Part shown: positions 31,680 to 40,210 of the stretch, one piece after another
How positions within the stretch are numbered: the stretch's first letter is position 1
How the letters are laid out: every line of letters begins with the position of its first letter
Made by a program: the position numbers and the translations under genes
DNA from: Candidatus Poseidoniales archaeon
GTDB taxonomy: Archaea; Thermoplasmatota; Poseidoniia; Poseidoniales; Poseidoniaceae
DNA length: 45,077 nucleotides
Assembly (NCBI GenBank): GCA_009887255.1
Contig: QXXW01000016.1
Coordinates: 1 to 45,077, forward strand
Direction: 5' to 3'
Notes under the pieces: model-generated
What the model was told of the DNA's origin: nothing
The model's input: only the letters and a program-made list of their open reading frames with translations
Database searches by the model: none

Positions 31680-33881
31680 TTACTCTTCTTCCATGAGCAC
31701 GGTTTGTGGAATTCTTGAAGCAAACGGTACACGGTCCATCCGTCCGTTCAGTTCAATGTCCACCGCTGGCGCTTGACCTTGCAATTCGACGTAAAGGAAC
31801 GCTCTGTGCCCTTCATTGAGGGTGTCCAAAAAGACCTCTTCACCTTGATGGAGGAACCTCGGTTCAACATGAACGACCTCGAAGGGTTGTCCGTGTGGGG
31901 CATCAAATCGGAGAGCCGCCAATTCCCACGTGCCTTTCAGTACATGGACGCCGATCACCAGTGGCCAAGTTCCTTTGGTTCGAGCCAAGCGCTTGTCGAC
32001 CCGCCAAACGCCCATGGCCATGCCGTCCGTGGTGTGAGTTAAGGCTGGTTCCCCCCACGCATTAATGCCCTCTTCCCACGGCAGTTGTGCAACCGCCATG
32101 AGGGCCCTGTTCAAGTCCTTTCTTGAGGCTTTGACCGTGGTCTCTCCACTGCTCAACCGTTCACTGTACCAGGCGAGCCTTGAGGCCTTGCGGAGGAGTT
32201 CCTTAGCGAATTGTCGGTCGCGCTGGAACGAAACACCCACGTAAACAGCAGGAATCAGGAACAGGAAACCCAAGAACCAACGGGCGAAACTCCCCCACCA
32301 CACGGCTTCATCTGAAGGCTCGAACCAAGGTTCCTCACCTTCATCCATTAGACTGTATGCTGGGGTGATGAAATAGGGCTTTGAGGCAACATCTTCACCC
32401 CAGAGGTTGGATGTGGAGGCGTTGGAATCTTGGAGGCGGAATTGAATGTAGTGTGTCCCCCGTCCAACCTGAAGTCCAATTCGAAGCTGTTCGGAAACAG
32501 GTCGAGTGATGTCGGTGGCCAACACCTCTCCAGTGGTTTGGTCAATGTCCCACATTTGTGCTTCCATGCCCGTCACGTTGCCGTCGAGTGTGAATTGAAC
32601 ATAGTGGATGGAATCTTCCCAACCGTTCACCACGATGCGGAAGGTGTCGGAGATGTCGTGAACGGCGAGGGTCAATTCCGACGCAGTGACGTTCGTGAGG
32701 TTGAGAACCGGCCACGAGGCGTTGTCGGTATCCAAACCATCAGGGAGGTACGATGGTGCTTCCAAATGGTTCAGGTCAGCGTAAGATTCAGCCCTGAGAT
32801 GGACGGCGAACGCCACGCTCGATTCAACCATCACTCGACCACCTGTGACGCCCGGGTACGGGTAGGTGATGAGGGGTGAAGAACCGTTCAGAGGGACCGT
32901 TGTGCCGAGAATCCATGAGCCGTTCATCAGTTGATCAACACGCACTTCAACTTCCCCATAGGGGTGTTCGAGCGTCAATTTGGTGTTGACCGGCCAATCG
33001 AACAAACCTGTTGTTGTGCCGTGGCCTTGGATGGTAGATGCCTGCGTGAGATCATGTTGTGTTAGGTCAGTTACAGGTTGATTTTGGTGGTGAAAAACGA
33101 TGGCCTTCCACGTCACATGGGTGTCCTGAGTTGACAATCTGAACACCAATCTTCCATCTTCAGCAGCCGTCCACCAGGCCACCGCCTCATCGCTTGTTGG
33201 TTGAAGGTAGGACGAGGTAAGCACAGATTCTCCATCAAGCAAGATTTCTGTTGAATTTGTTTGCGCATAGGCTTGCAAACGGACGCCGGCTGTGGTGGCC
33301 AACCATTGCCATTCGACCGTGTCCCCCTCCTCGACCTCCACGATGTAAAATTCATCAGAGCCAACAAGATGTCCCGTGGCCGCAAAGTGCTCCTCTTGCC
33401 CTTCGGGTACCGTTCCGAGCACTCCACTCCGCTCCAGATCCATGCATTCCATTGGTGTTGGGCACAATCCTGCGGCATGATGAGCCATGGCCTGGCCCGG
33501 TGCCGGTCGCACCGTGGGGTGTTCCTGTGTCGTTGAATTCGAAAGCGTGTATCGAACATTTTCGGTCTGTTCTACGGTCATGCTGAGATGGTATTGGCCG
33601 ATAAGATCGGTTTTGACCAAGGATTCAGTGAACGAAAACGACGTGTTGTCTCTGCTCAAGTTCAACGTGCATGTTGAACAATCCACCGCCATGAAGAAGG
33701 TCGAATCTTGCGTCAAGTCAACCGTGGTGGAATACACGACGTTGGGTCGGGCCGTGAATTGGTTCATTGGCTGGTCCAGAGGGAAGGCCAAGTCGTTTTG
33801 GGCCGATGCGGTCGGTAGGGTGGCACTCCATGAAGCCAAGAGCATGAGGACCAGCATCCCGGTCGCAGCGAAGCGCTTCAT
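31680..33881 (-). CDS. Bitopic membrane protein: signal peptide, about 500-aa ectodomain, one TM, 181-aa cytoplasmic domain; unknown function
   Basis: The preferred start, MKRFAATGMLVLMLLASWSATLPTASA, is a signal peptide at the ATG at 33881; ORF track start is 33965. The internal TM is FARWFLGFLFLIPAVYVGVSF. The C-terminal domain (nt 31683-32225) has no recognisable motif. Confidence 0.6.
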   Translation of the reverse strand: MKRFAATGMLVLMLLASWSATLPTASAQNDLAFPLDQPMNQFTARPNVVYSTTVDLTQDSTFFMAVDCSTCTLNLSRDNTSFSFTESLVKTDLIGQYHLSMTVEQTENVRYTLSNSTTQEHPTVRPAPGQAMAHHAAGLCPTPMECMDLERSGVLGTVPEGQEEHFAATGHLVGSDEFYIVEVEEGDTVEWQWLATTAGVRLQAYAQTNSTEILLDGESVLTSSYLQPTSDEAVAWWTAAEDGRLVFRLSTQDTHVTWKAIVFHHQNQPVTDLTQHDLTQASTIQGHGTTTGLFDWPVNTKLTLEHPYGEVEVRVDQLMNGSWILGTTVPLNGSSPLITYPYPGVTGGRVMVESSVAFAVHLRAESYADLNHLEAPSYLPDGLDTDNASWPVLNLTNVTASELTLAVHDISDTFRIVVNGWEDSIHYVQFTLDGNVTGMEAQMWDIDQTTGEVLATDITRPVSEQLRIGLQVGRGTHYIQFRLQDSNASTSNLWGEDVASKPYFITPAYSLMDEGEEPWFEPSDEAVWWGSFARWFLGFLFLIPAVYVGVSFQRDRQFAKELLRKASRLAWYSERLSSGETTVKASRKDLNRALMAVAQLPWEEGINAWGEPALTHTTDGMAMGVWRVDKRLARTKGTWPLVIGVHVLKGTWELAALRFDAPHGQPFEVVHVEPRFLHQGEEVFLDTLNEGHRAFLYVELQGQAPAVDIELNGRMDRVPFASRIPQTVLMEEE

Positions 33882-33968
33882 GGCCCATCGCTGTGGGCTC
33901 AGCCTTTCAAACCAACCGTTGGCCGGCCGTTCAAACCTTTCAAGAACCTCACTCCGCCACCCCAAACC

Positions 33969-35744
33969 ATGTCCGGACCGCTCGCCCGAACGGTCCTTGC
34001 CCGAACTCGACTCGCTCGGTCATGGGGTTTGGGTGACAGGAAGTCACCGTCGGCCATGACTCCAGCCCTGATCACCACCGGAATGGATGTGGAACTTCCC
34101 GTAGGGTACGCCCCGTTCAGTTCTTCGACCAGCAACACCCTCCCGTCAATGCTTTCCATTGAATCGCGGGGAGCGTTCGTGCCACCTGCGTTTGATGCCC
34201 CAGGTCCTTCGTACGCAGTGAACATCGGTCACGTTCTCCCACCATCGTTGGAAGAAGCGAACGCGGGAGAAGCCCAAGGAACCGGTGCATTGCTACCGGT
34301 TTCATGGCAGCGCATGCATCACGATGACGGACTGATGGATGCGTCGTTATCCCCTGAAATCGTTGTTCTTACCGATGCGCCTCAATTGGCAGCCCAACCG
34401 GGTAAACTGGCCCAAGCCTTGTTGACGCTCAAGCAGCGGTTCCCCGGAGCACTGGTTTGGACGCCGGGTTTGGGTGGACCCGACAACATGGCGGTTCTGA
34501 CCCTCATGGGCGTTGACCTCTTTGACATGGCAAGGGCGCACGAAGCCTCAGCACGAAAGGTTCTGCTCACCGCCACAGGACCTCGCTGGCCACTGGCACA
34601 TGAATCCACCACGGTTGAGCACCAAGCATATCATTGGATCAAAGCGCTTGATGAGGTCAGGGCCGCTGTGCAGCAGGGCACGCTCAACACGCTTGCAGAA
34701 CGGCAGAGTTTGTCCAGCCCGCGCCTGGTGGAACACCTTCGACATCATCATCGTATTGTGTCGGACACCCCCGGTGTACTGGCTTCACATGTGGACGGAA
34801 AAACCGAATTCCCGTGTTACAGCACCAACATGCTTCATGATCCGCTGGTCAACGATTGGGAGCGGTTCATGAACGAAGAATACCAAGCGCCAGAAGCCAC
34901 CACAACCGTCATGGTTTTTCTCCCATGTTCTGCAAGAAAACCCTATCGTTTGTCCAGATCTCACGACCGCTTCCTCTACGCCATGCGCTCCTCTGCATGC
35001 CATGAAGTGATGATGACCTCTCCACTTGGTTTGGTCCCTCGGGACCTTGAGGATGTTTGGCCTGCTTCACATTACGACGTTCCCGTGACTGGGCACTGGT
35101 CGCTTGATGAGAAGGCTCGGGTTCAACGTATGCTGGTCACCTTGGTGGAGCGCGTGGGCTACAAGTGCATCATCAACCACACGGATTTTGATTTGAGTTT
35201 CTTGGATGTGGAGGTCATCGACACCCGACAGGGCCTTGGAGCGACCCAACACGATGCCCTCCAGTCACTGACGGCTGCCGTGAAATCAGCGGTCGAAACC
35301 CACGGGCTCAAGAACCAAAGGAACAATCTGCGATTGAAGGCCAAATTCAAGAGCATTGCGCGTAAGTTGACACGCAACGATGCATGGATGGAACCCTTGA
35401 GTGTGAAGGGAAAAATACCGCGCTGGCGATTGGAGCTGAACGGTCAACAACTTGCAGTCTGGTCCATCGACAGGAACGGGTTTTCATTCTCGAGAGCGGC
35501 CATTGACCACCTTCACGAACACGATGCCTTGCCCAGAGTTGTCCTCAACACCGGGGTTGACTGGCGCGGGGATGTGTTCGCCAGTATGGTGGAGAATCAC
35601 GACCCGCAGATTCGTTCGGGTGATGATTTGCTTGTGATGCAAGACGGACAGGCCATGGGTTTGGCCCGTGCGGTTTGCCCCGGTTGGGAGTGGAACACCA
35701 CCGTCGGGACACTTGCCAAATCTCACCAACGACGCAAGAAGTGA
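33969..35744 (+). CDS. arcS: Archaeosine synthase ArcS (TGT-like N-domain, DUF5591-type catalytic domain, C-terminal PUA)
   Basis: The ArcS signature PC-x3-KPY-x2-S-x2-H is present as LPCSARKPYRLSRSH. The TGT-like segment is GLGGPDNMAVLTLMGVDLFDMARA and the C-terminal PUA-like segment is GDDLLVMQDGQAMGLARAV. The start is uncertain (alternatives MTPAL, MDVEL). Confidence 0.8.
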   Translation: MSGPLARTVLARTRLARSWGLGDRKSPSAMTPALITTGMDVELPVGYAPFSSSTSNTLPSMLSIESRGAFVPPAFDAPGPSYAVNIGHVLPPSLEEANAGEAQGTGALLPVSWQRMHHDDGLMDASLSPEIVVLTDAPQLAAQPGKLAQALLTLKQRFPGALVWTPGLGGPDNMAVLTLMGVDLFDMARAHEASARKVLLTATGPRWPLAHESTTVEHQAYHWIKALDEVRAAVQQGTLNTLAERQSLSSPRLVEHLRHHHRIVSDTPGVLASHVDGKTEFPCYSTNMLHDPLVNDWERFMNEEYQAPEATTTVMVFLPCSARKPYRLSRSHDRFLYAMRSSACHEVMMTSPLGLVPRDLEDVWPASHYDVPVTGHWSLDEKARVQRMLVTLVERVGYKCIINHTDFDLSFLDVEVIDTRQGLGATQHDALQSLTAAVKSAVETHGLKNQRNNLRLKAKFKSIARKLTRNDAWMEPLSVKGKIPRWRLELNGQQLAVWSIDRNGFSFSRAAIDHLHEHDALPRVVLNTGVDWRGDVFASMVENHDPQIRSGDDLLVMQDGQAMGLARAVCPGWEWNTTVGTLAKSHQRRKK

Positions 35745-35773
35745 AACCCTCTCACCGTTGTACGGTGCGGAGT

Positions 35774-35782
35774 GATTAAGAA
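35774..35782 (+). promoter_or_regulatory. TATA-box-like element upstream of rps15
   Basis: GATTAAGAA is centred about 42 nt upstream of the ATG at 35820. A transcription start about 25 nt downstream would leave a short leader containing the GGTGAT Shine-Dalgarno (35808..35813). The match to archaeal TATA consensus is weak. Confidence 0.25.
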
Positions 35783-35819
35783 GGGGTGATATTACGGTGG
35801 GCTACTTGGTGATGTCTTT

Positions 35820-36278
35820 ATGGCACGTATGTACAAATCTCGAAAGGGCACAAGCGGTTCAACCCGCCCACACATTACGACCGCTCCTGAATGGTCGAAC
35901 ACCAACAAAGATGCGGTGACGGCGCTTGTTCTTGACCTGGCCAAGGCAGGACACTCCAGTGCTGAAATCGGCACTGCCCTACGCGACAAGCACGCTGTGC
36001 CCAACGCTCGCCTTGTTCTTGGGAAGCGAATCTCACAGGTTCTGGCTGAACACGACATGCTCGGCACCTATCCAGAGGACATGATGAACCTCATGCGACA
36101 AGCTGTTGGCATCATCAATCACTTGGGCGCTGGCAACCACAAGGACATTCACAACAAGCGAGCCCTTGAGATCACAGAGGCGAAAATTCGCCGTCTGGCC
36201 AACTACTACAAGAGCGAAGGTCACCTTCCATCCGACTGGCGATACAAGCGAGACGAACTTCGACTGATGGTCGAGTGA
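35820..36278 (+). CDS. rps15: 30S ribosomal protein uS15 (archaeal S15P/S13e type)
   Basis: The N-terminus MARMYKSRKGTSGSTRP and a length of 152 aa are typical of archaeal S15. GGTGAT (complementary to the 16S 3' end) lies 6 nt upstream of the ATG. Confidence 0.9.
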   Translation: MARMYKSRKGTSGSTRPHITTAPEWSNTNKDAVTALVLDLAKAGHSSAEIGTALRDKHAVPNARLVLGKRISQVLAEHDMLGTYPEDMMNLMRQAVGIINHLGAGNHKDIHNKRALEITEAKIRRLANYYKSEGHLPSDWRYKRDELRLMVE

Positions 36279-36335
36279 TGTCGCCAACGATGCTCATCTT
36301 CATGAGGGGTCACCTCTTCATCGGAGTGACCAACG

Positions 36336-37256
36336 ATGCGTGACCTTCTGTCCGTTCCAATGTTTGCTGACGTTGTGAAGCACTTGCGTTCACAAGCCGC
36401 AGCCCTCAATCATGCACCGCTGTTGAACCTTCAGGCTCCATCTTCATTGAGTGGCGTGTTGGCCATGGGTCAACTCGAAGCCGCTTGCCTCGATGCTGGC
36501 TTGATGTACAGTCGCCGGTTTTACCCTTCGCAATCCCACAGGCCGCGAGACGAGCCTCCTTCGATTGTTCGCGCTTCCCACGGTCTTACGGTGGCTTTGA
36601 TGACGGAGGAATCAACGTGGACCAGCGACGAAGTTACCCTCGATGAAGGCGTGCGTTTGGTGCCCCTTGCAACATCCGTTTTGACAGGCGACACCAACAA
36701 AAATCTCCAAGGAGCGCTTGATGTGGTCGCACAAGCCGCAGCTTTAGCAGCCCTCTTGGCCCCCAACGGTCGCCGTGTACGTCTACTTCGCCCTATGGCC
36801 TCCCTGGGCATGTGGCTGGGTGGCTCGTTGGACACCAGCATGGACGTCTTCCACAACCTTTTGATTCATCACTTGAACGAGGAAGGAACCCTGCGCTTGG
36901 TCCCCTTGCCAGAAGTGCTTGAGCCAAAATCTGGAATGTTACCGAACGTCTCCGACCGTCGGGTGAAGAAACTCGCCAAAGCTTGGGCGAAGATGAACGT
37001 TGAAGATCGGGCTCAGGCCATGAGCGAACTCACGCTGCCATGCTTGGCCAACACCACACTTTCCACACCGCGCCTTGAGTCGTTGATCTGGTGCAGGATG
37101 TTGGTCGGTGAAGACCCCGTCGATTTGGCCAGCCAACTCAGCTACCTCCAGAGCGAATGGCCTGAAGATGGAGCCGAGCAGAAACGTCACGCAAGCAACG
37201 TGTTGGACGGCTGGCTGGCCTCAGGACGGTTGTGGTCGAGCCCAGCGACGGATTGA
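36336..37256 (+). CDS. Hypothetical protein (306 aa), Leu/Ala-rich, no TM
   Basis: It is the longest ORF in this interval and lies on the same strand 57 nt after rps15. GGAGTGA is 6 nt upstream of the ATG. No catalytic motif is recognised. Confidence 0.55.
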   Translation: MRDLLSVPMFADVVKHLRSQAAALNHAPLLNLQAPSSLSGVLAMGQLEAACLDAGLMYSRRFYPSQSHRPRDEPPSIVRASHGLTVALMTEESTWTSDEVTLDEGVRLVPLATSVLTGDTNKNLQGALDVVAQAAALAALLAPNGRRVRLLRPMASLGMWLGGSLDTSMDVFHNLLIHHLNEEGTLRLVPLPEVLEPKSGMLPNVSDRRVKKLAKAWAKMNVEDRAQAMSELTLPCLANTTLSTPRLESLIWCRMLVGEDPVDLASQLSYLQSEWPEDGAEQKRHASNVLDGWLASGRLWSSPATD

Positions 37257-37281
37257 AGGCGAGCGGGCCCTTGGGCATCCC

Positions 37282-37632
37282 ATGGCGATTGAACGACTTC
37301 TCACTGGTAGCATCCAAACCCAACTTCACGATCTCCTTTCAACCGAGGATCTGGTCATTGAGGCATTTCGTGATCTCGTGAAGGACGAGCTCAAAGCTCA
37401 TATCCGTGCCAAGGTCGACTCAGACCCAGAACTCAAAGCCGAAATCAAGGAGGCTGTGACGTATTATTTCCATTCCAAAGCACGGTCAATTTATGCTGAA
37501 CTCAAAGCCACTCGGGCGGCGACACGTCTTGGTTTGCGCCTCCTTCCCGACGACATCCAAGGGGAAGTTGGCAACGCGCTGGTGACCTTGTTCGAAAAAG
37601 AATTGGGCGACCTTTTGGAAAAGGCCCTTTGA
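37282..37632 (+). CDS. Hypothetical small helical protein (116 aa)
   Basis: The ORF track gives 37108..37632, but its 5' part overlaps the previous gene. The ATG at 37282 (MAIERLLTGS...) lies 25 nt after the upstream stop. The sequence is charged and amphipathic. Confidence 0.5.
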   Translation: MAIERLLTGSIQTQLHDLLSTEDLVIEAFRDLVKDELKAHIRAKVDSDPELKAEIKEAVTYYFHSKARSIYAELKATRAATRLGLRLLPDDIQGEVGNALVTLFEKELGDLLEKAL

Positions 37633-37687
37633 GTCCGCTCTTACCCACGTATGAGTACAAGTTATGTGCTGAACTTTCCTCGGGAGA

Positions 37688-39709
37688 ATGAGCATCATGC
37701 GACGGACGGTTTTTGTCAGTATGCTCCTGATAGCCACCGTATGGTTTCCACTCTTCATTGGAACTGCTCAATCCGTGAACGATGGCGAATCTGTGGTGTG
37801 CTGTGATGCTGCAGAAGTGGATTTGTACCTCATTGGAAGCGACAGCAGTGCGACACTTACACCGTTTGCGAGTGAGTTGGGTGACGACGTGCAGAGCATC
37901 GTTGTTGAATCCTCAGCCGTCGGCCAGGAAACTCTCGGCACGTGGTTGCTCCCGGACTTGTGGGAGGGTGCTGTTCCAGGTGGCGTATGGACATTTTCGC
38001 TGGAATACGAAGTATCCGACGCTGCGGGTGTTCAAATCAACGCAACAGCCTCCATCAACATCGGTTCAAAGTCGTTCTCAGCCACCACAGACCCGACCTC
38101 TTCCTTCCTTGCTCAGGGAACTGGCACGTTGTCGTTCGATATTGATGTTGAAGCGTTCACGTCAAGTGGCAACTCAAACTTGGAACTGACCCTCACGGCC
38201 CAGACCATCGTGTTTGAGGTCCCCAACAGCGAGGCATCGTTTGAATTGCTGTGGGGTACGGAGAACAAAGACTCCGCACTTAGCGCAACAATTCCACTTC
38301 TTGACATATGGATGATTGAGCCTGAGGTCGAAGGTTCCGATGTCTACCTCGCCGTTCGATTGGATTCTCCTTGGGGCTTGTCGACACTTTCTCTTTCCGA
38401 CTCGATATCGTTGTTGGTCAACGGACAGCCCGTCACGGGTGACCCGATCGAAACGGCATCCGACGATACGGTCAGGGTAACATGGACATGGGACGGAGCG
38501 GCTGGTGGGGTTGAAACGATTACCGTACAGGTGGAATTGGTGTTCCAACCGGATCAAACCGCATTAACTGGATCATCGGTGTTCGAAATTGAAACGTTTG
38601 ACACAGGGGGCGGCACCGGTACATATTATCCGCCAGATGAACCGCTGCGTACGGACGGCAGTGGCAGTCAACTGGACGTGAACATCCGCTCTGAATTGAC
38701 CAGTGGAAGCAACGGGAAGTTGGTGATGAAGACCACCACCCTCATCACCGTTCATGACGAAGTCGCCTTCTGGATGCGCTGGGGTTTGGATCACATTGGT
38801 GACGATGTGACGCCTCTATCCTCTACTCTCGGTGCTTTTTCAGCAGGTGGAGTCACCGATGATGACCGTATAAGTCGGGCCATTGAGGGGGTTGAAGTGG
38901 GTGAATTTGAGCGCCAAATGGTCAACCTCGGTCAATTGTTCTTAACCAATGGACTTGGTTTGGACAGCGATGAATTGCTCGGCGATTTCCGTAACTTTGA
39001 CCAACTGCAAATTGAACTTGACCTCATGGGTGAATCCAACGTTGTGAACCACCCGGTTTCCATTGTGTTTTTGACCACAACCGAAGTACCGGACGGCGTG
39101 GCCATGAACTTCATTGAACAATTTGTGGTGTCCCAACCTGCTCCGATTTGGTCCTCGATCAACCTTGACGCCGAATATCGTTCCTCCATGCTCACCGCCA
39201 TGACGAACAGCAAGTTGTTGAAATCAGACAACCTCCAGTTGTCCGTATCCCGTAGCCCCTTTGGGGACACGATTTCTCTTGTGGGAGAAGGGTTTGATCA
39301 GGACGAGAACTTTGCCCTCAACATCATCCCAACCTCGGCCATCACCTACGCCCCGATGCCGTTGGCCGTTCTTTCGCTGTTGGCCTGTATTGGCGCCATG
39401 GTCATTGGCCTACGTCTCTCACGAAACCGAATACGTACCTACCTGTACCTCGAACTTGTGCTGCTGCCGGTTATCGCTCTCATCTTCCTGTTTGGATTCC
39501 CACCAGTTTGGGTCGGCTCATCCATCGCCATCACGACTCTTCTTTGGTGGATCACCGCTGTTGCAAGTCCGAAAACGGCTGTTCAACCGAGGCAGTGGCC
39601 CTCAATTTCTTGCCCCAAATGCAGCACTCCCAACCTCGTGGCGAGCGACGAGCGACCGTATCGATTGTCGTGCAGCGGATGCAGCCGAACCATCAAAATT
39701 GAAGGGTAA
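37688..39709 (+). CDS. Surface protein with signal peptide, large ectodomain, two C-terminal TM helices and a cytoplasmic zinc ribbon
   Basis: The signal peptide is MSIMRRTVFVSMLLIATVWFPLFIGTAQS. The C-terminal TMs are MPLAVLSLLACIGAMVIGL and LELVLLPVIALIFLFGFPPVWVGSSIAITTLLWWITAV. The terminal CPKCSTPNLVASDERPYRLSCSGCS has CxxC-x15-CxxC spacing (from nt 39611). Confidence 0.65.
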   Translation: MSIMRRTVFVSMLLIATVWFPLFIGTAQSVNDGESVVCCDAAEVDLYLIGSDSSATLTPFASELGDDVQSIVVESSAVGQETLGTWLLPDLWEGAVPGGVWTFSLEYEVSDAAGVQINATASINIGSKSFSATTDPTSSFLAQGTGTLSFDIDVEAFTSSGNSNLELTLTAQTIVFEVPNSEASFELLWGTENKDSALSATIPLLDIWMIEPEVEGSDVYLAVRLDSPWGLSTLSLSDSISLLVNGQPVTGDPIETASDDTVRVTWTWDGAAGGVETITVQVELVFQPDQTALTGSSVFEIETFDTGGGTGTYYPPDEPLRTDGSGSQLDVNIRSELTSGSNGKLVMKTTTLITVHDEVAFWMRWGLDHIGDDVTPLSSTLGAFSAGGVTDDDRISRAIEGVEVGEFERQMVNLGQLFLTNGLGLDSDELLGDFRNFDQLQIELDLMGESNVVNHPVSIVFLTTTEVPDGVAMNFIEQFVVSQPAPIWSSINLDAEYRSSMLTAMTNSKLLKSDNLQLSVSRSPFGDTISLVGEGFDQDENFALNIIPTSAITYAPMPLAVLSLLACIGAMVIGLRLSRNRIRTYLYLELVLLPVIALIFLFGFPPVWVGSSIAITTLLWWITAVASPKTAVQPRQWPSISCPKCSTPNLVASDERPYRLSCSGCSRTIKIEG

Positions 39710-39764
39710 TATTGGATTGGCTCAATCGACTTTGGTGACGCCGTCGAGTGAAGAGTTGTCCAAA

Positions 39765-40175
39765 TCAAAGTCCAAGTCCCTTCAAACTCTTGACCAAGTC
39801 CATCGCTTCTTGGTAGTCTCCAGGAGAGAAGTATCCTGAAAATGTCTCGTTATCGTCGACGGCGACCACGGCTTGTGGGCTTCGCTGTCGGATGTCCTTG
39901 AGGACGGCGGAAAGTCCATCGCTGAGGTTCACCTGAAGAAAATCCATCTCCATATGGGCATGGCATGGCTCATCATTCGGGTTCACACCGTTGGCAAGGG
40001 CTTGGATGAGTTGTCGTTGGCCGATAACCCCCTTCACCCTTTCATCTCCGTCGAGAACAACCAAGATTCCACCGGTGATGGTTAACAGCCGCAACGCCGC
40101 TTCTTGAAGCGTATCGTCCATGCCGATGGTCATGTGTTCGTCGTCAAGTTTGAGGTCACTGACCTGTTTCGCCAT
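39765..40175 (-). CDS. CBS domain pair protein
   Basis: The 136-aa protein has two CBS-like halves: TLQEAALRLLTITGGILVVLDGDERVKGVIGQRQLIQAL and GLSAVLKDIRQRSPQAVVAVDDNETFSGYFSPGDY. It lies 35 nt downstream of gltX on the same strand. Confidence 0.7.
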   Translation of the reverse strand: MAKQVSDLKLDDEHMTIGMDDTLQEAALRLLTITGGILVVLDGDERVKGVIGQRQLIQALANGVNPNDEPCHAHMEMDFLQVNLSDGLSAVLKDIRQRSPQAVVAVDDNETFSGYFSPGDYQEAMDLVKSLKGLGL

Positions 40176-40210
40176 GGACCGAGAGGAAGGTCCCGGATTA
40201 GGTCTTTTCC

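Noticed and set aside
33487-34059. 190-aa plus-strand ORF across the divergent promoter between the receptor-like gene and arcS
   Set aside because: It overlaps the signal-peptide-encoding 5' end of the minus-strand gene and the 5' end of arcS in other frames. Its composition is not protein-like.
37108-37281. 5' part of the 174-aa ORF overlapping the end of the 306-aa gene
   Set aside because: It overlaps the previous CDS in another frame for 149 nt. An internal ATG at 37282, right after the upstream stop, gives a compact 116-aa product.
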